From: Tubulanus polymorphus
Taxonomy: Eukaryota; Animalia; Nemertea
Length of the DNA: 64,000 nt
NCBI RefSeq assembly: GCF_964204645.1
Contig: NC_134026.1
Coordinates: 16,836,150 to 16,900,149 of the forward strand
Reading direction: 5' to 3'
Part shown: piece by piece, positions 1 through 12,949 of the stretch
Layout of the letters: every line of letters starts with the position of its first letter
Position numbering within the stretch: position 1 is the first letter of the stretch
Program-made: the position numbers and the translations under genes
Notes under the pieces: model-generated
The model's input: the letters and a program-made list of their open reading frames with translations, nothing else
What the model was told of the DNA's origin: nothing
Databases searched by the model: none

Positions 1-300
1 AGGTAATTGATCAAAGCGTCTTCAAAATTTCCCTCAAAAAGTTCAAAAATGTGTAAAAAGAGCTGATTTTGGCGAACAACAATGGCTGCCAGTCGGCCAT
101 CTTGATTCTGACAGGGCCAGTTTTTGGGCTGAAGATGTGTCTAGGGTAGATACATGTGTAACCCAAATATCAAGACGTTACCTTGAAGCGTCTTCAAAAC
201 TTCCCAAAATAACTGGATTCCGTCTACGGACGGACGGACGGACGACGGACGAAAAGTGAACGCAATAGCCCGCTGGGACTTAAGTCCCAAGTGGGCTAAA
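1..300. mobile_element. Terminal part of a HINE/pearl-like non-autonomous Helentron-associated element (family A), cut by the window edge
   Basis: (ACGG)n microsatellite followed by the hairpin TAGCCCGCTGGGACTTAAGTCCCAAGTGGGCTA; near-identical to 57278-57588 and to the reverse complement of 44594-44885. Confidence 0.75.
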
Positions 301-2205
301 AAACGATCTTCACTTAAAGGAGGGAGGGGGCCCGGGACCCCCTCCCTAGATCCGCGCCTGCCTATGCATACTCCAGCTACCGTATTAATTTTATCACTGG
401 ACTCGATCGTTTGAATATGGCATTGGCATATTGGGGTACTGTCAAAATTATGAAATCTTAATTGACGAATAGCTTGATGTCTCAAAACAATTGAAATAAA
501 AAAAATCTTGGAAATAGCAAAGAAAATTATGGAAATACAGTACCGCGAAAATTGATTATATTTCATACGCCGAAAGGTTTTAGGCTATTTGAGAGCAATC
601 TTTCTGTTTAGTCAAGGGTTTTTGTCTTTAACAATTTTGTTTTTTATCCTCCAATTTATCAGCTAATCATATATACATTGACATGATCAAAAACTTTTAA
701 TTTCAAAAAACCTTTTAATGTATCTTAGAGATCGGATATGGCATTTCAGCGAATACAGAAAACTTTTTGGATCCTACCGGTACCGAATATACGGGTACCA
801 CTAGGCGGAGTCGTACCTTGGAGTAATTGGAGTATCTCCAAGAATGTACATACGGTAACGGGTGTTCAGCTGATTCACTGAAACGCTGCGCATTGTTTCA
901 TAAAATTCGTTAAATGGTTTTGTAACCACTATACGTACTGAGCTCAATCAAAATTACTCGTCAAAAAGAGAATAGCACTGGACACAAGAAAAAAGCGAAA
1001 CTAGTTGAATCAACACCAGGCCATAGTTAAAAGGTTAATGTAAAAAGTTAATTTGCCATGAATCTCTCCATTTTAGTCCGCAGTTTTTTTCTATCGTCTA
1101 TTAATTTACATGCTTGCGGCATGATAAAATAAATGCAGCGTTATGTACATGTACTTTTCCACCTTGGAGTTCATCACCATGAAAACGACAATTCATACCT
1201 ACTTACAATCACCTGAATAGTGTTATGAAATGGCAAATAACTCACCGCTAAAAAAACGCAGCCCGGTCTCGTTACTGGTACTCTACCAGTGAATGTTTCT
1301 GTTTGAATTTATTGTATCAACGGGCGAATACAAATATCAACAGCACAACGAATACCTACAATCAAAAAATTATTTTCTAACTGATGGTTTTTTTCATACG
1401 GCGACGGAATCGATAACCTACAGTGCGCTGTACTAGGAAATGATTTCGGCCTCGAGTCATACGTGATATGGTTTCTTAGGCCCATTATCGTCAGTTTGTA
1501 GCACGTGTGATTGTTGACCATTTCATAATAACCGTAGCTACGAAAATGACACAGTTGATGTTGAATATTTACCTTCAATGGCTATTACATTAATTTGTGG
1601 TATGGGCATAGCATGAAGTAAGAGACGAGTTCCGCTGACACTAAGTTGGAGAACAACTAAAATAAATAGGTCATTCGACATCTGCGATTTACGGACGTTT
1701 AGCGGGACCTGATGGTTTTTTCGTGATTTATGATCTATTTGTATCGTACACCTGTTTTAAGCCATTACGAAATTATCTTAATAGCACAGCCATGTGTAGG
1801 CCTGTTGTCATCATGGCAATTTCTTTTTATGCAGAATGAAAAAAAAACTAACAGTCCAATTTAGAGATATTATTGACCATAATTAAACTAAAGAACTCGA
1901 CAACTTGTTTCCCATTTCTGCAGCGCTTAAAAGTTGACTATTATTATGCATTTTGCATTCTATTTTCCCGAGGACAATCGCTTGATAAACTCTCGGATTT
2001 TCACATTTTCCTTCCGATTACTACAGTTGTCTCTTTTCACAAAGATTTTCTCCACACATTTTCTTTTGAATCAAGAAAATTAAGCTCATACGGCAGCAGC
2101 CGATGTAGTTTGAACTCTCTAGCCGTAACGATGATGGATCTATCATGTATTTAACGCATGATCACTCTATTCTTTAGGTATAGATATATTAAAGGCATCT
2201 TTATC

Positions 2206-3417
2206 TTTATCAGAGACGAGATATTTGGGGGTCTTAGGTTTATGGGTCTTAGGTTTAGTATATTATATATAGCTGTCACTAAACCTAAGACCCATAAACA
2301 TAAGACCCGACTCTAGATCATTATTTGTGTACTTTAGACTATTCAAAATGGTTCTAATATATAGATATTATTTAAAATGATCCATCGATGGCCTATTCAA
2401 ATCTGGTTTATTTATCAGAGACGAGATATTTGAGGGTCTTAGGTTTATAGGTCTTAGGTTTAGTATATTATATATAGGTGTCACTAAAGCTAAGACCCAT
2501 AAACCTAAGACCCGACTCTAAATCATTATTTGTGTACTTTAGACTATTCAAAATGGTTCTTATATAAAGATATTAGTTAAAATGATCCATCGATGGCCCA
2601 TTTAAATTAGGTTTATTTATCAGAAACGAGATATTTGAGGGTCTCAGGTTTATGGGTCTTAGGTTTAGTATATTATATATAGGTGTCACTAAACCCAAGA
2701 CCCATAAACCTAAGACCCGACTCTAAATCATTATTTGTGTACTTAAGACTATTCAAAATGGTTCTAATATATAGATATTAGTCAAAATGATCCATCGATG
2801 GCCCATTTATATTAGGTTTATTTATCAGAGACGAGATACTTGAGGGTCTCAGGTTTATGGGTCTTAGGTTTAGTATATTATATATAGGTGTCACTAAACC
2901 TAAGACCCATAAACCTAAGACCCGACTCTAAATCATTATTTGCGTACTTTAGACTATTCAAAATGGTTCTAATATATAGATATTAGTTAAAATGATCCAT
3001 CGATGGCCTATTCAAATCTGGTTAATTTATCAGAGACGAGATATTTGAGGGTCTTAGGTTTATAGGTCTTAAGTTTAGTATATTATATATAGGTGTCACT
3101 AAACCTAAGACCCATAAACCTAAGACCCGACTCTAAATCATTATTTGTGTACTTAAGACTATTCAAAATGGTTCTAATATATAGATATTAGTTAAAATGA
3201 TCCATCGATGGCCTATTTAAATTTGGTTTATTTATCAGAGACGTATTTGAGGGTCTTAGGTTTATAGGTCTTAGGTTTAGTATATTTTATATAGGTGTTA
3301 CTAAACCTAAGACCCATAAACATAAGACCTGGCTCTAATTCGTTATTTGTGTACTTTGGCCGAGATATTTGGGGGTCTTAGGTTTAGTATGTCATATATA
3401 GGTGTCACTAAACCTAA
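2206..3417. repeat. 205-bp tandem repeat (~5.5 units) with an internal inverted repeat in each unit
   Basis: Units start at 2206, 2411, 2616, 2821, 3026 and 3231 (TTTATCAGA); each has GGGTCTTAGGTTTATGGGTCTTAGGTTTAGT...ACTAAACCTAAGACCCATAAACCTAAGACCC; the repeat resumes at 6140-6206. Confidence 0.95.
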
Positions 3418-6139
3418 AGCCTGGCGCACACTGGCGACAGTTTCGAGCAACCGCCCGAATTGCTCGGCGTCGAACGAAAAAATCGCGCGTCTGCGGCAAG
3501 GGGCGACAGCGATTGCTTGTCGCCGAGAAATTGCTCGGCGATCGCTCGGGAGTTGCCCGTGTGCGGTAGCTAAAGACACCAAGCGACAAGCGACTCATCA
3601 ACTAGCCAATGAGAGAGCGAATAATTATCATGTGATACTTCGACCTCCGAATCAGCGGCGTGGTCCGTGCAATTTGGTTGATGTTTGCCTGTGAACGGAA
3701 TCTTTTGACGAGCTAATGCCAGTGTGAATAGGTTCGAATCCCATATTATGCTTCGGGCGCAATTTATACCTACTCTGCGGTCTGTTCATAGCGGGTGTAC
3801 AATCAGAGCTTCCAACTGTAATTTCCACTCATGCTACGTACGTTATCGCCGTTGTTTAATTAAACCCCAAGAGTTTGATTTTTGGTTCTGGCCGTGGAGA
3901 ATAGAATACACGGAATTTAGAGAATTGGACCATCTACCCACTCGACTGAACCTCTAAGTGAAGATCGAAACAATACAGTAATACTTTTTCACGTTTGAAA
4001 TTTATTTTATCAATAAGAAAAATGTATAGCAAAATACATAAAAAACAACAACTGGAAAATAATCAAAATAAAAACGATTTACGTTGCTCAAAAGATTAGA
4101 AAATTCGATAAATTCGGATCACAAGCAGGGGATGGGAAATTTTGTCAATTGAACGAAATGCGAATAATGTGTTTTCATTTGAACAGAAATAACCTAGCTA
4201 AGGGACTTGAATTTTAGTCCGAAATATGTGAAAATCCGAATGTAAACCGAGCCAAATTAAACGATTTATATACTTTAATTGATGGTGACAACGCAATTTT
4301 GATTCTCACCTGGCCCAAGTTTCAATTATTAAAATCAGAAATATGTTAGTGAACTTTTGTCTATTTCTTTGATTTAATGTTATTAATTTACAGTAGGCCT
4401 ACCGGCCCTACACCAAGAAATCATTTTAGAAAGCACCATGGTGCCTCCAAAGCCTCACGGAAAATTATCGCAATAAATGGATTTCGTATCCTATATTCTA
4501 AGTAAATCAAGGAGATTTAAACCTATTTCTAATGCACATAGAACCATAGAATCAGTGCGATTTATAATAAAAATAAACTGTAAATTATCATGTGAATTAT
4601 CATTTGACATCAACCGAAATCAGTTTTTGTATCGGCTTTAAGCCCAACGCACACGGCAAAACATTTGTTTCGCGGCGATACAGAAAACGTTTTTCAGAAA
4701 CCGATTTTTGCTAGTGAAAAACGTCTTTAAGTTCGGCGTTTTGTTTTGCCTCCCCCGCACACGGCATAACAAAAAAACATCGAAAACATTTTTTCACGAG
4801 GAAAAAACTGTTTTCGGTGCTGAGCGCGTTGGGCTTAATGATACGTTGTTTCTGATAATCAGCTGGAATGATTCTTAATTTGTAAACTGCAATAAAATTT
4901 GAAATCAGTTCCTGCCAGGGCTGCAATTTTCGTAGTACCTTCATGGCAAAAAGTAATAGGGGAGATGTGAAAGAGTACAGAGCTGTTCGTCCGTGCCCAA
5001 TGCAGAGAGCGGTAGACCATGCGTAAACTGTCGGTCCACGTGTAGTTTGAGACCAAGAAATACACCCCGACTTAGAAGTCCAACTTTGAATAAGCAACCG
5101 TTTTCTGAAAACTACTAATTCTCTCCTACGCGGAATATTAAATCAACATCTACAGATGCATCTAAAGATACTGAAATAATTCGGTTTCATTTTTCTAGTC
5201 TAATACTCTAACCACAACTTAAGGACGGTTGACTGTTGTTTCTCGATTTCAAGCTGGGAACAGGAGTCGGAATCGGGAAACAAATCGGAAAGTAGGCCTA
5301 CTGAGGCGAGGTCCGACTTAGAAAACCCTATACATTCAAAATTTCTTTGAATAATCATAACACCCCCGAGACATTGTCTCAATTTCTGTGGTACATTGGT
5401 AGTGTAGTTAATCATTCCGTGAAAAGTGAACACAGTCACGGGCACCGTAGCACGACAAACCTAAAATGAAATATCACAAATCAACTTTTTAAGAAACACT
5501 CAAACTCGCCTGAATTATCATTTGGATGATTTATCAACATAATGACAGTTTTAAATGACCAGAAAAGCTAGTCAGCCTAATATTGAATTTCGTTTATCGT
5601 ACCGAAGGTACGTTCGGCGAATCTTTCCAGATTCGTTCTAACTTATGATAGCTGAAATCACGGGAAGAAGATATTTCCTGCAAGTTAATATTTTTGTGCC
5701 CAAAAAGGTCAAAGAAATTCTGAAAGACATCGCTACTTTTCAGCTGCACCAAAGTATACGGTGCAAACTTGACTTACTCCTGCGCTGCATCTATGAACCC
5801 TGCATAGATTTTGAATGACGCGCTCGTGGTACGGTACCGGGATTAGATCTGTAGAAGTAACATTAGCAATAAATAGTGAATGTTGAACCTGGTACTATTA
5901 TTCACGGTACCGCTTCATTCCGTTCACAGGCAAACATCAACCAAATTGCGCAGCATATTTCTTTTGCTCGATGGTCGCCATTTTGAAAAAGTCACGTGAT
6001 ACTGTTGCCGGGAAAGATAATTGCCTCTCCGTCTCCTGTGGTAGCACACGGGCGACACCAAGCGATCGATTGCTCAACGGTTGCTCAAAAATCGGTCGCA
6101 GCAACAGGCGACTAAAAATTGCCTCGTGTGCGCCAGGCT
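3418..6139. mobile_element. Non-autonomous PIF/Harbinger-type DNA transposon (2.7 kb)
   Basis: 14-bp TIR AGCCTGGCGCACAC / GTGTGCGCCAGGCT, TAA TSD (3415-3417, 6140-6142) splitting a CCTAAGACCC repeat unit; no transposase ORF. Confidence 0.8.
4641..4835. mobile_element. Small Harbinger-like MITE nested in the larger element
   Basis: TIR AGCCCAACGC / GCGTTGGGCT flanked by TTA and TAA. Confidence 0.55.
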
Positions 6140-6206
6140 TAAGACCCCCTAAACATAAGACCTAACGGGTCTTAGGTTTATGGGGTCTTAGGTTTAGTGA
6201 CACCCT

Positions 6207-7818
6207 ATGAATATATGTAGTACTATTGATTTCATTTACGCGATGTCCCAATTTGATGTTCCTTATTCTTACGAAGAAGCTATGTCTTCTGAAAATGCTC
6301 CAGCGTGGCAGAAAGCCATGGAAAATGAATTTCAGGCACTGGAAGAAAACAAAACGTTTACGTTAACGCCGGCACCAGATGGTCGGCAAATAGTGGGGGG
6401 TCGATGGGTCTACGCGCTTTAAAGTGATGCAGAAGGTCACAAACAGTTCAAAGCGCGGTATGTTGCCAAGGGCTATTCGCAGATACCCGGTGTGGACTTT
6501 GGTAAAACTTTTTCACCCACTGCCCGCTTAATGTCAGTTAGAGTGCTGGCCGAACTGGCTGTTCAACATAATCTATTAGTCCACCAAATGGACGTAAAGT
6601 CGGCCTACTTAAATGCCCCTATAGACAGGGAGTTGTTCATGGAACAACCTGAGGGATTTACGGTCAAAGGCAAAAATGGTGAAAGATTGGTGTATAAGTT
6701 AGAAAAGTCTTTGTATACAGACTGAAACAGAGTGGGCACAATTGGAACATTACATTACATGAATTCTTGACCGCTCAAGGTTTTGAACGGTCGTTAGTAG
6801 ACAGTTGTGTCTATACCAAATACACTATTGATTCAAAAACCGTTTTAATTATCTGGGTAGATGAAATAATTGTGGCTGCAGATAGCCAGGTTGCTTTAGA
6901 GGAAATTAAAGCCAGCCTTAGCAATAGGTTTAAAATGAAGGACTTGGGAGTCCTGTCGTGGTTCCTAGGCATTGAGTTTTCCCACAAGCAACATTCATGT
7001 TCGATGAAACAAACTCTATATATTGACAAGATTCTTAAAAGGTTTCAGATGGAAAACTCAAAGCCAAGGTCCATCCCCTGTGAATTAGGTGGTTACAAGA
7101 TCACAGAAGATGAAGACCCTTTATAAACGGGTTATGACATCAAAGTATATCGCGAGATTGTTGGAAGCCTAATCTATACCATGACTAGCCGAGGCCGGAT
7201 CTGAGCTTCCCAGTAACAAAACTATCGCAGAACATGTCAAACCCAACTGTCGGTTGTTTGATTAAAGCGAAACATGTTCTTCGTTATTTGAAGGGAAGCA
7301 GACATAAAGGGTTGGTATTAAAAAAATCAGAAGATGATATAAGTCTAGTTGGTTTCTGCGACGCCGATTGGGGAGCTTCTCCTGATCGACGCAGTATAAC
7401 CGGTTATTGTTTCAGTCTAGTTGATAATAGTGCGCCAGTATCCTGGAAAAGCAGGAAACAACAAACAGTTGCCCTATCTACGTGTGAGGCCGAGTATATG
7501 GCACTCGCTGGCGCGGTACAGGAATCGAAGTTTCCGAGTCATTTACTCGGGAATTTATCGTTTGTAAACACTCGTCAAAATAGGTCAGTCTTATTGTACG
7601 GAGATAATCAAGGTGCGTTGGCATTGGCCAATAACCCAGTACATCACCAACGATCCAAACACATCGATATCCGTTTTCACTTTGTCAGAGACGAAGTGCG
7701 TAGTGGTGGGGTCATCTTGAAATACGTTCCTTCAGAGGAAAATTTAGCTGATATTTTTACGAAGCCTGTTAATAGAACCAAATTGATAAAATTTCTCGAA
7801 GCAATGTCTGTCGTATAG
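6207..7818 (+). pseudogene. Ty1/Copia pol remnant (RT-RNase H), 5'-truncated, with stops and frameshifts
   Basis: Motifs GGRWVY, KARYVAKGYSQ, HQMDVKSAYLN, IWVDEII, GFCDADWG, TCEAEY, DNQGA, KHIDIRFHFVR and ADIFTK across ORF pieces 6207-6422, 6492-6725, 6767-7126 and 7234-7818. Confidence 0.95.
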
Positions 7819-7984
7819 ATAACTGTATTTGAATTTTAATATTATGATTACTATTGGTCATACTGCTCATTCACAGCATTAGTTTATGGTTTATTATATA
7901 CATCTTAGAATAACATTTTGTATCTCAGATTTCATTACATTATATACGCTGTAACGTTACCGACATAAGTTTAAGTGGGGCCGG

Positions 7985-8229
7985 TGTTATAATATAAACT
8001 CATGTTTCTGTATTATTGTACATGTATTGTTTTGTGCAACACTGTATATGTAAAGATGGTACTATGAGAAGTGCTGCCACCTAACGCTATATTGGAAAAA
8101 TAAAAATTCTTTTTGTTCTCTCTCTCTCAATGGACACAGTCGTTATTGTGTTGGTGTCTTTGTTCCTCTCGTATATTTAAGTTCAGTAATCCGTCATCGT
8201 CCGGAGACCGTGACCTAAAGATGGCAACA
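7985..8229 (+). repeat. 3' LTR of the Copia element
   Basis: Purine tract AAGTGGGG at ~7973-7980, then TGTT...AACA with AATAAA near 8100; Polinton-derived sequence starts immediately after 8229. Confidence 0.7.
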
Positions 8230-8885
8230 TGTAGTTGGTATAAGAAATCAAATAAAATATATGATATTAATAATTCTGAAACTACTGCTATTAAAAATGA
8301 AAATACTTCTGAAATTCCAAAATTCACAATAAAAAAATGGATTAATATTTTAGAAAAAGAAGCAAAAAATAATTTTTTTAAAATGAATTGAATATCTCAC
8401 TACTTTTGTCTATCTATTCGGATATATCATTTCGGATTCTTAATATCTAATTAATTTTATTATCAATTTATTTTTTTTTTCAACAACTTCTAAATCATGA
8501 TGCCCGTCTTCATTTTTCCCATGGTAAATTATTTTAAATCCTTCTAAATCTTTTAATTCCTCTGTACTCAATAAAACCCATTTATCAGGTAAAAATACTT
8601 TAAATTCTCGCGTTGTACTAACATTACAGTAACTTAAATTTGCTGTTACTTTCTCTCCATATTTAGTTTTTATCTTCTAATTTCTATATTTTGTGTTCAA
8701 TTTCTTTTGTAACATCGCCCAACTTTTTTATGTCAAATTGTTTTTTTGTTGGTTTTATTCTGTTATTTATTGTCGCTAAGAATGAATTTCTATCTCCCAC
8801 TTATTAGAAAAAAAAATTACTTGTGGTGATGAGTGGTGTGTCGTCCTCTCGTCCTCTGATCTGAAAGCCCACTTTTACAATTACT
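8230..8885 (-). mobile_element. Terminal remnant of a Maverick/Polinton related to element 2
   Basis: Reverse complement matches 33481-~34155: terminus AGTAATT...CACCACTCATCACCACAAG, decayed homolog of 33566-33889, and the WYKKSNKI.DINNSETTAIKNENTSEIPK segment of 34012-34392. Confidence 0.9.
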
Positions 8886-9679
8886 GTAACGCATGTTGAG
8901 AATGAATTTCATCCGATATTTTTGTAACATAATGTTTTTCTCTCAGCAAAACTTGACGTTTTCTGGGTGCTAACGTTCAGTGGCTAGTAGACTGGATTGT
9001 ATTTTCTCTTATTTCATAAATCTTCATGCATATAAACTTGAACTGAACTGAATTGGAACTGAGATCGGTTAGGAGTAAAAACCTCCTTATTAACTCCTAT
9101 TTCTGAATTGTATATAAAGGAGTGAAGAAAGAAATATCAACCCTCATACCGAATACACTTTTACGTATAAATGAAAATAATGCACACTAGAACTATGGCT
9201 AATTTGCGACCTTAAATGAAAGAAATACGACTCGAATATTTTTAACTTTATCATGCATGATATGCGAATCTCCAATTAACCAGATAATCAGATATTCTTG
9301 GAAACTACCTACCAATTTAATCTTGAAGATATAAAGGAGTTATCCATATAAGTTAGAACGATAAATGATACCAATAAGACGAGAAAATAACAGAATTATG
9401 ACTGTAAAGGGAGTATACGTGCTGCGTAGATTTTCATGTGATGGATTAGACTTCTCCGATAAAATCGTCAAAAAGAGCTACGAAACCAATTCACAATATA
9501 GTTTTAATCATCTCAAAAAAAGTAAAACACTTGGAACCTTCTACAATTTAGAGTTTGCAAGAATAGGGGATTTCTGTTTAAATGTAGTTCTAGGATGAAT
9601 ACAAAAGTCACCCACATTTCAATGCATTTTGCCTCACTAACGGCGGTGGCTAACATTAAAATCATCTGAATAGAAGTAT

Positions 9680-9876
9680 TGGGAAAACGGCTCTATAACT
9701 TTTTTAGTCCTTGGCCCATGTTACCTTCATACCAAGTTTGCTCAAGATTAGGAAAGAACTGTAGTACAAGTAGCAAATTAAAGTAAAAGTTGACGGACAG
9801 ACTGACGGACAGAAGATGACGGATAATCACGCTAACCCATAGGCTCCGCTGACCTTCGGTCACAGTAGAGCTAAAA
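9680..9876. repeat. Fragment of a HINE-like element (related to family B)
   Basis: CATACCAAGTTT core, GACGGACAGAC microsatellite and terminal hairpin ending GAGCTAAAA; similar to 31600-31760. Confidence 0.45.
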
Positions 9877-10324
9877 ACTAGCATTCCTTTCATTTCTACC
9901 TGATCTTCATCCCTGATCTTTCTGACGCGCGAGAAAAAATCTATTTTTTTCATTTTTGAATGGTCTTGGGCATATATCAACCCTTTCAACATAAGAACTA
10001 AATGAAAAATCATGTTGTATGACGAAAGCTATGCACTTTGAGCATGATGATGGCAGAATTCCATCAAGATTAGGTCAAGGGGGCTGCCCAAAATCTATAA
10101 GTGGGAAAAATTGTATTAATCATATGATTTTTGTTTTAAGCTAACCATTTGCCAGAATTTGATATATCCACAATCAGACACTATTCTTTCATCTGGTAAT
10201 TTTTTGTCAACACGTATGTGTCGTCAGTCCCCCTAATAACTGACTGTAGATCAAAGAAAGACAAGTTTAGAGCCACCTGCACAGTTCCTATGAAAAACCG
10301 AACAAAGAAACTGCAGTAGATTTA

Positions 10325-10927
10325 AGTAATAGGGGTAATGGGCTTTCATACCAAAGGTCGAAAGGTCGAGCCCATTAAAAACAAAATATTAAAAGTAATT
10401 AAAAAACTATAATATATTTTCATAACCGCGTGTATTTTATATCAAAACTAAATATTTATTATAAGATATCAATAATATAAAAAGCATATTGTATTAAATC
10501 AATTGGTCGCTCCGCTTCGCTATCGCTCCGCTATCGCTCCGCTCCACGACCAATTGATTTAATTACAATACACAAATTTTAATAATCAAATATATTCAAA
10601 TGATAATAATTATTCTATTATTCAACCGAAATACACGCGGTTATGAAAATATATTATAGTTTTTTAATTACTTTTAATATTTGTTATTAATGAACTCGAT
10701 CATTAAACCTTTGATACGAAAGCCCATTACCCCTATTACTCTTAAAATATTCACATATATATGAATAACATTTAAATCATTGAACTTCTAAAATCAATTT
10801 TAATAAAAAATATAGTATTAAAATGGAAGCAAATAAATACTACTGCCCAACATGTAATATCGATATAGACAAGTCTCAAAAAGCAAGACACAATAAAACT
10901 AGAACACATTTAGAGAATAAATTGAAA
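10325..10927 (+). repeat. Left TIR of element 1 (603 bp), containing a 416-bp hairpin and the pPolB 5' end
   Basis: Reverse complement of 29139-29730; the differences I could see are one substitution and one extra 11-bp GCTATCGCTCC unit. Confidence 0.95.
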
Positions 10928-11062
10928 CTAGAGTATTCAGAACAGTTAACAAAGGGAAAGAAATTTATTGAATTATGGAACACTGATCCAAATAATAAAC
11001 AATACGTTGAGGAATTTATTATCAAGGAATCGAAAGAACTTATCAAAAGCAGCGAGGAATGA
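10823..11062 (+). CDS. Short chimeric ORF: pPolB N-terminal zinc finger (TIR copy) fused to an HNH-like C-terminal tail
   Basis: First 38 aa identical to pPolB 25215-29243; EQLTKGKKFIELWN resembles DQLDKAKTFVELWN of 11140-11808. Confidence 0.5.
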   Translation: MEANKYYCPTCNIDIDKSQKARHNKTRTHLENKLKLEYSEQLTKGKKFIELWNTDPNNKQYVEEFIIKESKELIKSSEE

Positions 11063-11139
11063 AAAAGGATGACGTTGGTCGAAGAAATGGAAGAGGATTC
11101 TAAAATGTTAATCAATTTTAATAAAAATATGTATAATAA

Positions 11140-11808
11140 ATGGAGCCGGAACAACCACAAACTATAAATATTACAAATAACACTGGTGTTATAAACATAT
11201 ACTACAAAAAGTGTTCTAAATGTGAATTAGATAAATTAGCTTTAACAGAATTTAGTAAGCGTAAGATTAGCAAAGATGGTTTTCAAAATTGTTGTAAAAC
11301 TTGTGCTAAACTATATACCAAACAATACCGAGAAGATAATAGAGAAGCTTACAATGATTATATGACAGAATACATGAGAGAAAAATATAAAACAGATCTT
11401 AATTTTAGATTAAAACAATGTTTACGGTCTAGATTAACGCAATTATTCAGTAAAGACAGTAACTCATACACATTATCTAATCTATTGGGTTGTTCAGATG
11501 AATTTCTCAAATCATGGATAATATATCAATTCGACGATAAAATGAATATAGATAATTATGGTGAATACTTTCATATTGATCACGTGTTGCCGATTTCTAA
11601 ATTTGACATGAATGATGAATACAATAAAAAACTTATTTGGAACTGGAGAAATTTAAGGCCTTTAGAAAAGAAGGAAAACATTATTAAATCCAATAAACTA
11701 GATTTACAGTTATATTTAGATCAACTGGATAAAGCAAAGACATTTGTTGAATTATGGAATAGTATTTCACAGAATCAACCGCATTCTGAGGTTTTGATTA
11801 GTGGTTAG
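11140..11808 (+). CDS. HNH endonuclease with N-terminal CxxC zinc module
   Basis: KKCSKC...NCCKTC; FHIDHVLPIS...WNWRNLRPL...ENIIKSNK beta-beta-alpha-metal motif. Confidence 0.85.
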   Translation: MEPEQPQTINITNNTGVINIYYKKCSKCELDKLALTEFSKRKISKDGFQNCCKTCAKLYTKQYREDNREAYNDYMTEYMREKYKTDLNFRLKQCLRSRLTQLFSKDSNSYTLSNLLGCSDEFLKSWIIYQFDDKMNIDNYGEYFHIDHVLPISKFDMNDEYNKKLIWNWRNLRPLEKKENIIKSNKLDLQLYLDQLDKAKTFVELWNSISQNQPHSEVLISG

Positions 11809-12153
11809 AAAGCTGGCAATTCTATTTGAGCTTTGTATGTATATAATACATAGCTTTTGCTTACTACTAAAACATATGTTGCCAAATATATCTTGTTTTC
11901 AATTCTAAATTAATTAACTTCATCATAAAGAACATCTGTGCAGAAGTAATTAGTTTGGTCGAACGTGCGCCACGTCGGCAGTTAGAAATCAACTTTCACA
12001 TACATAGTACGTATTGGATATTCTCTCTCAAAACACAGTTTACAGTTCTAAATCTAAATGTAAGTACCGTTTTTTGTAGTTATTATGAAGTAGGGAAACC
12101 TTTAAACATATTTAAGTACAGTAATTCATTTTCACAACATCTTTTAGATTAAA

Positions 12154-12882
12154 ATGGAATACAGAGATCAACCAGAAATTCCAAGTCAACCAACGGATGA
12201 GGAACCAGAAACGATAGATAGTGAAACTCAGGAATCAATAGAAATGGAGGATGAAACTCTCGTAATTGACGAACAAACTTCACAAACATTACAAGAACAT
12301 TTGGACTATCATCAAGAAATGGTGAAAATTCTGAGTGATGTAATACATAATAAACAATTACCGCGCGAATTACAATTACCAAAATTACCAGCAACGCGAC
12401 TCAAATTGCTGTTGGGGCTCAAAGAATCGAAAACAAAGAAAATGAGTGGAGAAGAGTTGAACGAGTTTTTAAAATCTAAATTAATCATTGACACAGGACA
12501 TTTAAACTTTCCGGAAATACAAAGTGTAGAAGTTATTTCATTTGCTGAAATTACTGATATCTTAAAAAAAAGTTATAAAACCATATTAAATAGAAAAGCA
12601 AATCACCTATGGGACCACATCATTTTCGGGGGTTATCTAAATATAGGGTTTTCAATGTTTGATAAAGAAACTGAGGGGATTTCTTGGGGACTGTGGGTTA
12701 AAAAGAACATAGATATCAGTGCTGGTTTTGAAAGAAAACTGAGAAGAGTAGGTAGATTAATAAAATACGAAAAATTCAAAATATTAGGATTAGCATTTAG
12801 TGAAGTAGTCAGATATTTACCAGAAATTGAAGAAATGATTGGAAACAATCCAGTAATTAAAGAATTCTGGACAAAATTATAA
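12154..12882 (+). CDS. Polinton hypothetical protein, acidic N-terminus, possible helical DNA-binding C-terminus
   Basis: 242-aa intact ORF inside element 1; WGLWVKKNIDISAGFERKLRRVG segment. Confidence 0.65.
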   Translation: MEYRDQPEIPSQPTDEEPETIDSETQESIEMEDETLVIDEQTSQTLQEHLDYHQEMVKILSDVIHNKQLPRELQLPKLPATRLKLLLGLKESKTKKMSGEELNEFLKSKLIIDTGHLNFPEIQSVEVISFAEITDILKKSYKTILNRKANHLWDHIIFGGYLNIGFSMFDKETEGISWGLWVKKNIDISAGFERKLRRVGRLIKYEKFKILGLAFSEVVRYLPEIEEMIGNNPVIKEFWTKL

Positions 12883-12949
12883 ATTATAACACTGAAGGTC
12901 TTTATAATATAGATATCAAAAAATGTTGTATATATCTGTTTTAATATTG

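Noticed and set aside
141-6165. Short ORFs in the first 6 kb, and likewise in 29978-33226 and 54086-55371
   Set aside because: No recognisable motifs; they fall in non-coding repeats or intergenic DNA, and no host exons could be supported
8113-8391. 92-aa ORF
   Set aside because: Chance fusion of the Copia LTR end to a Polinton gene fragment
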